Below, piece by piece: positions 41,771-51,304 of a stretch of 64,000 nucleotides of DNA (position 1 is the first letter of the stretch; each line of letters starts with the position of its first letter). Made by a program: the position numbers and the translations under genes. The notes under the pieces were generated by a model. The model searched no databases, was not told the DNA's origin, and saw only the letters and a program-made list of their open reading frames with translations. Origin of the DNA: Paraphysomonas bandaiensis (Eukaryota; Protista; Chrysophyceae); the NCBI GenBank assembly GCA_965644295.1, contig CBFFRP010000397.1, positions 136,617 through 200,616 on the forward strand, written 5' to 3'.

Positions 41771-42345
41771 ATAATGAAGTAGCAATAACAAGTTGTTGTC
41801 TATTTTACGAGCGCATAAATCGAAGTTAGTCGTTCATTTACTTTCACACTTGCTAAGTCAATAGTAGCTCCTTTCGAATTTATTGGTACCGCATTGGACT
41901 ATAATATGCATGTAAGCGCGTATGTACTACATAAATGTACTCACAAAAATTGTTCTTGTTCATATACAGCACTTCTGTTAAAGATCTATGACGAATTACT
42001 TTCCAGAAATTCACATAAGAGAGAAATAGACTGCTTTACTTATTTTTAGATATTATTTGTTTTCTTGAAGCATACAGGAAGCATTGAGCTTTTCACTGCC
42101 TACTTTGCTTGGATGAATGAATTTCGACACCGATATGACATTTACAACCTACAATCTCGTTTCCGTATGACTAGTACAATTCTAGGCAATTCAGAAATTG
42201 AACACGCTTCATAAACCCGTAAGTACGTTATACATTATATTGAAAGGGACGTAAACACCGGCGATATACCTATACTCTATAAGAAAAAATGCGAAAACGT
42301 GACATTCAAAAGGTGGTCCTATACTGCGCTCATGATTAAAATATC

Positions 42346-42639
42346 CTATATTTCCGTATTATACGCTGGTTGTCGTCCAGAATTACATTTTCGGGTCGAA
42401 ACAGTAGGCGGTGTTTGACTGGCAGCTCTGCTGATCGTGCGCAAATGTGTCTCTGTTGGAGAAGTGCGGCGTTTGTGAGATGTTGAACAGCAAAACATAC
42501 GAGTTATCCAAGTTTTTCGGCGTCGTTTACTGTCAGCAACAGGTTGCATCATTCTTCTTTGTTGCAACACGTCATCATTACAGCATTCCACTGAGTTGAG
42601 TGGTTGTGGAGAATACTCGGCAATAGTAACCAAGGACAT
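42346..42639 (-). CDS. Small basic orphan protein (97 aa), paralogue of 39667-39954
   Basis: Intact ORF with the same ordered motifs. Confidence 0.65.
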   Translation of the reverse strand: MSLVTIAEYSPQPLNSVECCNDDVLQQRRMMQPVADSKRRRKTWITRMFCCSTSHKRRTSPTETHLRTISRAASQTPPTVSTRKCNSGRQPAYNTEI

Positions 42640-43414
42640 AGCTACTATGCCTTCAACACTGCCAGAAATTTAATATACCGCAACTTTTTATCACAATACT
42701 ACTTCAGATTGCGATTAGTTATGCACTTGTTTCCAATGCACCTTTCTGTCCAATGTAAGTATAGTTTTCGTCTCAATCTATATCCGTTTTCAAACCAAAA
42801 TCTGGTGACTTCTTGAATTGAACATTACGTTGAAAGAATTCAAATTAGCCAATCATGTATCTATATGATACAATGATATGTTGTGATTGGATGATTTTAT
42901 TGGAATGTCTTTCGAATATGAAAAATTATTTAGCCCGCACCGCAGGTGCGGGATCCCGCACCCTTGTTTTTACACAAAGGCCGCACAGCAAGTGCGCCCA
43001 TCGAGTGATCCAATCAGCAGAGTGCATCATAGCATAGTGCATCATATCACATGCATCGAGTATATGTATATAGTAATATGACGAGGCAGCCATATGCAGC
43101 AGATACACGTTAATGAGTGCTTGAATGATAGGTGATAACATGTTGCTACCATCTTATTTCATGAAACTGTGAGATGAGATATGCAGTTACTGGACGAGGT
43201 TTATAAGGCTGTATGGAGAGGAACTGTGAAGGGCTGTATATTATGGTATGAAGTGATTTGATATGGATATCAATGATTGAATTCCAGGTGGGAGCATCAT
43301 GCTCCCATCATCCTATTTAAAGTGTCAGGTATGTAGAGAGATGAGAAGTGGTACATTTGAAGGAATAGAAGGCTGTATATCATGCATGCACTATGTTGTG
43401 TGATGGTATATGAT

Positions 43415-44348
43415 ATGCTGAATGTTGTCATGGTTTATTATGCTGTTGTAGGCGCAATGACGTTTATACTTACCGGTGCAAGAGGGATGCCTAAGCGACA
43501 CAAGCGCCCGGCTGCCCCTGTACCATCTTGCAGTGAATATGTGTCATGTTGTGTAAGGGTATGCAGTATGGCTGTATGTGATAAGAATTCTGAACGGTGT
43601 GGAATAATAAAATGCTGAAGGCTGTGATGGTTTATTATGCTGTTGTAGGCGCAATGACGTTTATACTTACCGGTGCAAGAGGGATGCCTAAGCGACACAA
43701 GCGCCCGGCTGCCCCTGTTCCATCTTGCAGTGAATATGTGTCATGTTGTGTAAGGGTATGCAGTATGGCTGTATGTGATAAGAATTCTGAACGGTGTGGA
43801 ATAATAAAATGCTGAACGCTGTGATGGTTGATTATACTGTTGTATGCTCTGTAAATAATGATACGATGTATTCCAATTACTAATGAATCATTAATTATAA
43901 GGGTACAGTATAAAAAGTTGATGGAGTGGTTATAAATGAATACATATAGGCATTCTACAGATTACTAACATCAGACTGTGTCGAATAATAAAATGCTGCA
44001 CGCTGTAATGGTTGATTATACTGTTGTATGCTCTGTAAATAATGATACGATGTATTCCAATTACTAATGAATCATTAATTATAAGGGTACATTATAAAAA
44101 GTTGATGGAGTGGTTATAAATGAATACATATAGGCATTCTACAGATTACTAACATCAGACTGTGTCGAATAATAAAATGCTGAACGCTGTAATGGTTGAT
44201 TATACTGTTGTATGCTCTGTAAATAATGATACGATGTATTCCAATTACTAATGAATCATTAATTATAAGGGTACATTATAAAAAGTTGATGGAGTGGTTA
44301 TAAATGAATACATATATTGGCATTCTACAGATTACTAACATCAGACTG
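43415..44348. repeat. Composite tandem array: 2 x 197-bp unit A + 3 x 184-bp unit B sharing a ~55-bp motif
   Basis: ATGCTG(A/C)A.G.TGT.ATGGTT.ATTAT.CTGTTGTA starts at 43415, 43612, 43809, 43993 and 44177. Confidence 0.95.
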
Positions 44349-44425
44349 AAGTTTCCTTTTCTTTGTCCTTGGAATAATGTTACCATCACTGTCCCTTCGT
44401 GCACTCATTGCATCATATATACTGT

Positions 44426-46568
44426 TTATGTATTTCTTAGAGGCTTTTTTTTGGGGTGAAACTTGTCGTAATTTTCCTGACCAAATAAATCAACAATAAC
44501 ACGCAATTCAACCTTTTCAGCTATGCATTTTAAATTACTCTTCCATTCTCTGTACGAAGTAGACTGACTTGCCATACAGGGTTTCGGCTCATCAAGAAAA
44601 CGTTTCTCGTCATCGTACAATAGGCCGAGTCCTTTAGTCAATACTCGATTTAGTTTTTTCTGTTTGTTGACGTTGTCTACCATAGGGTATCTCTTTCCTA
44701 CAATTTCATGTAATTCATAATCAAAATAGTCAATAATAACTGTTGATAAGCATAATTTTTCGAGAGTTTTATATTGAATGAAGGATATATGGGGCATGCG
44801 CTGCATGTTAACTCTCATGTATTGAAAAACATTTGTCGTAGTAGTGGATGGACCTTTGGAAGGTCCTTCAGTAATCGGAGGCAAGACTGTAGGCGATGTA
44901 GGTATCCGTGATACAGTCTCTGAAGTTGGTATAGTGGTATCCGTTGGAATATTTTTCAAGCCTTCTAGAATATCAGCCACAGCAGTGTCTAATTTCTTGT
45001 GCAGATCAGCTATTGCAATAGTTTGGGTGTCACACTTTCTATGAAGCTGTTGTATTTGGTCTCGAAGAATGCGATTCTCCTGGTAAATTTCGTCTACATT
45101 TCTTGTGTCTACAAAATTAAGGCGAAGCCATTCCTCCTCAATCGCAGCACTCCATTGCATTATGTCATTCCAAGTGAAATGGTGGCGCATCATGTTGTGC
45201 TTGAATTTACAAACCACTGCATGTTGTGCCGTGTATTTAGAAACAAATGATGGTAACCTCATAAGGAATGTAGCAAACACAGAGAGTTTAAATTGAAATA
45301 GACAGCCATCAACCCCAAATTCTGGGTAAGTGAGTGGATAACATGTTTCGATTAACGCCATCACTTGTTCTCGGTTTCCATTGTTGATAAATACACACTC
45401 GGGTGGATATATCTTATTCCTGGGATTAGAGTAGCCACTTAAAATTTTTCCACCCACAGCAATAGTGACATCTAGTCCCATGATATACTCAAAAATGCTG
45501 CACTCTCCGGAGAAGTCCCATCCTCCACGCATAATCGCATGGAAGATGCCGCCTGACTGACTACTGGCTATGTCAGTTGCAGCCCCGACTCTAAGACCCT
45601 TGCCTGTTGTTTCCTTTGTAACTCCAGGTACCTTCCCGATCATTTGTTTTAGTAGCTTAGAAACAAATTGACTAGCGCTTGATGTAGTCAATGCTAGATC
45701 TGGAAAGACGAAGTCACCGTTGAGATCTGCTGCAGTACAGGACATCCAGTACATTGAATAAGCGAAGAAAACACAAGTCTCTAGACAAGAGTAGTCGGGA
45801 AAAAAGTTCATTGTTTTGATAGAAGCCACCTTCAATTCTGTCCAATCAAACGTTAAGTATCCATCGCAGTGCCACATTGCATTATTATACGAAGCAAACA
45901 TTGCTTCAGACACCCGACCAACAGCAGCAAACGTGAAAACCAAATAGAGATTGTACAATGAATACTTCTTCACTTCTAAATAAAGTTTATTAGCATACAG
46001 TAAATCATAGATATGTGAAGTATGTCCACTTACCGGAGAAATCAGATGCCCGATGTATAATGTATTCACCTATGCGCTTCATTAGTTCTTTCCCCACTGG
46101 ACTTGTTTTCTCTGATATACGCACTCCTTGTGCGATACACCGCTTGATAATATGCTTTGATACTGCCGCTCTCACATCTTTGTACCACAGCTCATTGGAG
46201 CTGCTTAATAACTCATTTCTTTTAAATCGCTTCGTCAGCGCAGTCTTCGTGTCTGACAAATACTGCCAAGCAGTACCTAGGGTCAAAGGCTTCTTCGTTG
46301 TTCCATGGACGGCGTGATCGATCAAAAAGCCACCGAAACATTGAAATAGTTCTACATTTATATCACTGTCTATGAGTTCCTTATACCTCTTCTTCCCGTC
46401 GAACCGCATCTCCAAGTACTTCGCAAACTGAGCTAACGCAGAGGAGTTACGATTTTTGGTTTCCCCATCACCGACTTTTCTAATGCCCCCTGTGGTAGTT
46501 GATTCCGTGGTAGTTGATTCCGTGGTAGTTGATTCCGTGGTAGTTGATTCCGTGGTAGTTGATTCCAT
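44426..46568 (-). CDS. Tyrosine recombinase, Crypton-like (~694 aa spliced from the ATG at 46568; one 58-nt intron 45976-46033)
   Basis: Intron GTAAGT..GCTAAT..TTTAG joins the two ORFs in frame (SDFS/EVKKY); motifs AVGRVSE (R), TGKGLRVGAAT (K-x-x-R), MRGGW (W), IFEY (Y); start codon uncertain. Confidence 0.85.
46492..46566 (-). repeat. 15-bp coding tandem repeat x5 (ESTTT)
   Basis: GTGGTAGTTGATTCC x5. Confidence 0.95.
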
Positions 46569-47639
46569 GCTACTATGATATGTTCTCGCTGTTATTATGT
46601 TCTGTATGTATGATACCATGCTGTGATGAGAGAGCTCCTCCTTCAACACCCACCTCCCTGGATCTATTACTCACCAGCAACACCATACATACCACTGGTC
46701 ACTCATCATCACCACTTATATAGTTCCACACCATTATGGTGCGGGCTTGAGTACGGTACCTTCCACATTTTACAGAAAAAATGCATTCAAACAGATTCGG
46801 ACAGATACCAAACTAAACTGAAAATCTATAGGAACAACAAAACTGAAATACTCCTCAATATAAAAATACCGAATATATAGAGAAGAGGACATCATTCCAC
46901 TCCACTTACTATAAATAATATAATTAATAGACACCAACAGAGAAGAGAACCATATGATAGCAGTTATATTCTTCATTGCTTAGATATATTGTATTCTTGT
47001 TTTGATTCCGTTTCAAGCGCATTCTATCTGTCATTTAGAGACTGTACTCCACATATTTTGGGACTGAGTGCATCCTACAGAAGCAACTATATGAATCATA
47101 TACAATCTTAATAATATTATAAGGAAAGCTAACATTACATTAATATGACAGCGATGTTATTGCAACTGAGACAGAAACAACGACAAACGACTTCCTTTTT
47201 ATTTATTGTCGTTCAGATACTCTTTTCGCGCAAATAGTGTTCATTATTTTTATTAAACACAACATTTACATGAAACTGCTTTATAAGTGTGAGCAACACA
47301 TATACTAGTTGTAGGTAGTCTACAATGATATATATGTTGCTATATATCAAGTTTCTTTCAATGATTGGCTAGGGGGGTGATTCAACTACTTACAACACTG
47401 ATGATGTATCCACTGCAAAGTTTATAACTGCTTGCATAAATGTAGATACATTGAAGTTGTTTTCTAGTTATTGTCTTCAAGAGTCGTATATAATACAAAG
47501 ACAGGTGGTGGATGGAGATGAGTCGGCATGATGGTATAAATAATGACATGCGTTCATATTCATTATGTTTATAGTAGCTAGTCCATACTATTATGTTTAT
47601 ATTAGCTAGCAGCAATATGCAATATATATAGTATAATAC

Positions 47640-47772
47640 CAGGGCTAGGAAATAATATATTGTAATAATATTGTTAGATAGCGCCTCACCAATGATACTG
47701 ATGGAGTTTTAAAACCGACCTAACAATACTATTGCAATATATTGCAATTCTATATATTATTCCCTAGCCCTG
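47640..47772. mobile_element. 133-bp hAT-type MITE
   Basis: CAGGGCTAGGAAATAATATAT ... ATATATTATTTCCCTAGCCCTG; TSD only partly matching. Confidence 0.85.
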
Positions 47773-47994
47773 AGCTATACAAAGTGTACTTCTGCAACAG
47801 GAATAATCAACATCATGTGCAACACAACTACAGTGATATATCATACATATACCCACTGCAAAATACATCACCCAAGGCCACATCAACGGTCCATCATGCA
47901 GCAGACGCAGCAACCATTACTGCTGGACCCTTAGCAGCAAGTGGCTAATAAGCAACATAGAGTTATTATATATATATATTGAAAGTCTTATTAT

Positions 47995-48434
47995 TACCAA
48001 TGGGCGTTAAAAACCTGCACCAACTTAGTAGCTAGATAAATACTAGACAAATTAGTTAGACCTCTACCTGTAACTAATCAGTACACACTTTTTTTATCCC
48101 ACTATTTAATGCTACGGAAGCTGCTTGTGCGTCGCCGCAAGCACCAAGGTGCGAATACATCCCGGATGCTTGCCTTCAGCAGGGAGCCCAATACCCCGGT
48201 TACCCTTGAGGTGGGCCCATTCCTGGATGCCTGCGTATTCGTCAGGACCCAATGATGTCTACACAAGTAACATTTATTGGTGTCCCTTGTACCACACAAG
48301 CATTTGGCTATGAGTGGGCAGAAGAATATCTGCTGACTGTATATGCGGCTCACGTTAGCTTCCCGGAGAAATATCTCCGGTACTTATCCCCCAGAACACC
48401 ACGAAAAGGTGCGAGTCCGACTTTGTTGAGGGAT
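47995..48434 (+). mobile_element. Dispersed repeat R1 with internal deletion, both ends present
   Basis: 3' part is the reverse complement of 56768-57075; 5' part is the reverse complement of 55228-55400. Confidence 0.8.
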
Positions 48435-48600
48435 AGAGTTGTTAACTCGGTTTTTCATTTTAAGCACCTACTTTCGCTTCACTTTTGTCAGTTGATGTAT
48501 GTGCACTGCGTATCTGTGGAATAAATTTCAACCAATTGTAAATACAAGTTTGAGAAGGACATTGGGAGAGCGAAAATAACCCTTAAGCTATAGTGTTATG

Positions 48601-49504
48601 CAGGGCTAGGGAACAATAAGTAAACAATATGCAAACGTGGGAAATTTTCAGAAATCTGGGAAATTCTAGTAGATTTTACTAGACTTTTAAGAATTGTTGT
48701 AGAATGGTTCTAAAAGTGCTTGAATGCAATAGTATAGTGCTAATAATTATTTTTATTAATATTTAGGTCCTATAGGACATACCAACAGCACGTTTCCTTT
48801 AACTTGTAACTACGTTGTATACCCTAATACTACTACTAATAGCCATCATAAAACGCCAATACACGTCGCGTCACACAAATCCTATGCTAGAGTATTCACT
48901 ACGTTCAATATATCCATCACTCAACCAATACAAGCCATACACTACTATCGCTCGGCGGTAAAACCTGAGCATACTAGAGTATTCACTCAGCTCAACGAGA
49001 GAACATACATAGCAGAATAACTGTACAACATATAGGCATCGCATATAACCAATACACGTAACGTCACACAATCTTATATTCGAGTATTCGCTCAGTTCAA
49101 CAAGTCCACCACTCAACCAATACACGTCACACATATCTTATACTCGAGTACTCACTCAGTGCAACATATTATATCCATCACACAACCAATACACGTCACA
49201 TCGCACAATCAATAATATTAATTTGCAATATTAGTCAGTAATATATCAATACAAATGCAGAGAACTATTTATTAGCACTCTAGTAACTAGCTAGCTTTAA
49301 CGAGGAATGTACGTCAAAAACGTGGGAAATTTTTTTCCCCACGTTTGCATATTGTTTACTTAATATATTGAGTCTACGCAAGTGTTTAATTGCTGAATAA
49401 CGATACTACTATATTGCAATAGTATCGCTGGGTTAGTTTTAAAACTCCATCAATATCGTTATCGCACTAACAATAATATTGCAATGTATTGTTCCCCAGC
49501 CCTG
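48601..49504. mobile_element. hAT-type MITE carrying a nested insertion
   Basis: CAGGGCTAGGGAACAATA ... TATTGTTCCCCAGCCCTG; 8-bp flanks GTGTTATG / GTGCTATG (7/8). Confidence 0.85.
48617..49362. mobile_element. Nested TIR element with internal imperfect repeats
   Basis: TAAGTAAACAATATGCAAACGTGGG / CCCACGTTTGCATATTGTTTACTTA; repeated CCAATACACGTCAC and GAGTATTCACTCAG motifs at 48855-49205. Confidence 0.8.
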
Positions 49505-49922
49505 GTGCTATGACGAAGAGGAGATGGTCAATGAAGATGTCGACTCAACTCTATGAATCTTCAAGACATCATTTGATCTTGATAAGTTAAAAACTAGATG
49601 TGAAAAATGCAACCTTTCAGGGCATTCGTCAAAAAAACACGTTCCTATGTACTACAGTATGAAGAAGTGTACTGTGCGCCTGAGTCAAAAGTCACAATAT
49701 CGATAGAGAAGTATTATTTAGAATAGCTATGAATAGACAGAGTTGTGAAAAACAAAGCACGTCTATAATTCATTTTCCCGCCAACAACACATTAATAACA
49801 ACACACAAGGTACAAAGAAAATTATTCCAGCCAAATTCAAAATAGGATACTACAATCACTCAAAATAATTCCATCAGTACTACAAGTCGTAAAACCCTAT
49901 AAGCAACAATTTAGAAGAGTCA

Positions 49923-50728
49923 TCATAAAAGTACACCCAATAGCTTTACTTCTTCATCACTGTGTAGAATAATTCGTACAAATATTTTAACGAATAATCC
50001 ACAGACAAACACCACGAAAAGATTTCGAGTGGTTTGCTGATTGCATACCGTGTGATAGGCGTGGTACTGGATAGAAATCACAAGCATGCCAACAAAAAGA
50101 AGAAGTATTGATTCCGAGTCCCAAGTCTGAAGCAGAATGGCAAACAGCTTACCGATTTCAGGAAATGCCAGAGACAAGTATAACTTCCGACAGAATTTAT
50201 TGAATAGTGCAGTGTGCATGCTAGGTATATAAGATTTCCATAAAGCAATATATATTGAAGCTATGAAGGCGACATGCTCAACTACACATGTCACAAATAT
50301 AACAGAGTGACTAGAATTGCCATTCCCCTCAGAGTTATGCAATACCACAGACTTCACCAAGAAATTAACAAACAAACAGCTCAACATAATTAACCGCGAA
50401 TCACTCTGCAAATGCCGTTAGTAAGTTCAACAATTAGTACAAAAAACACGAACCAGAGTGGCAGCACAAAAGGGAGGACGGTTAAAAAATAGATGTCGGT
50501 AGGCTTCTGTGTTGTGGAGAATCAGGTCAATGTACACCAATATAAGCTCATACTCGATGTATTTATCCGCCACATTCTTACATTTATCCTGAAAATGACA
50601 TAACAACAACACACATACCCTCAAACCACTCTTACACATCTCGTTAGCCGAATATTCGTGGGGCTGTATTCTGTGTATAGCGTCTCTGAGCCCTCCAGAG
50701 TATAGCCACACTCCACACAAACAGGCAT
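49923..50728 (-). CDS. ARV1: ARV1 sterol homeostasis protein; multi-exon
   Basis: MPVCVECG..LYTEYSPTNIRLTRC/DKCKNVADKYIEYELILVYIDLILHNTEAYRHLFFN followed by TM helices. Confidence 0.93.
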
Positions 50729-50890
50729 TCCGGTTTACTCAATTACACCTGACACCTCAGGCTTCGAATATTCATAGATCGAAAGCAGCACAACTAGGAG
50801 TGATGACAGTAACTTTTATTGATAATAGATCAGTAAACAATGCATGTACACCACTGCTAGTCTGTGTACAACAGTGTAAAAGGCTGTGAG

Positions 50891-51228
50891 TATGTACGTA
50901 TGTATGTATGTATGTATGTATGTATGTATGTATGTATGTATGTATGTATGTATGTATGTATGTATGTATGTATGTATGTATGTATGTATGTATGTATGTA
51001 TGTATGTATGTATGTATGTATGTATGTATGTATGTATGTATGTATGTATGTATGTATGTATGTATGTATGTATGTATGTATGTATGTATGTATGTATGTA
51101 TGTATGTATGCATGTATGTATGTATGTATGTATGTATGTATGTATGTATGTATGTATGTATGTATGTATGTATGTATGTATGTATGTATGTATGTATGTA
51201 TGTATGTATGTATGTATGTATGTATGTA
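50891..51228. repeat. (TATG)n microsatellite, about 84 units
   Basis: Nearly perfect, with two interruptions. Confidence 0.99.
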
Positions 51229-51304
51229 CAGTTTGTAGACAGGTATGCAGTATCTATGTGGTTTCTGCAAGAAGGTTGGATGCTTATAGGAATGCGTGGA
51301 CATA

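Larger units (their letters stand above)
42932..46747 (-). mobile_element. Tyrosine-recombinase (Crypton-like) DNA element; ends inferred
   Basis: Single spliced YR gene, no reverse transcriptase; AGCCCGCACC (42932-42941) and GGTGCGGGCT (46738-46747) are inverted, each within a local palindrome; no TSD seen. Confidence 0.65.

Noticed and set aside
43415-44348. CRISPR array
   Set aside because: Intervening segments are ~130-145 bp and duplicated, no cas genes are present, and the context is eukaryotic
45976-46069. Frameshift between the two YR ORFs
   Set aside because: Explained by a canonical 58-nt intron that restores the frame
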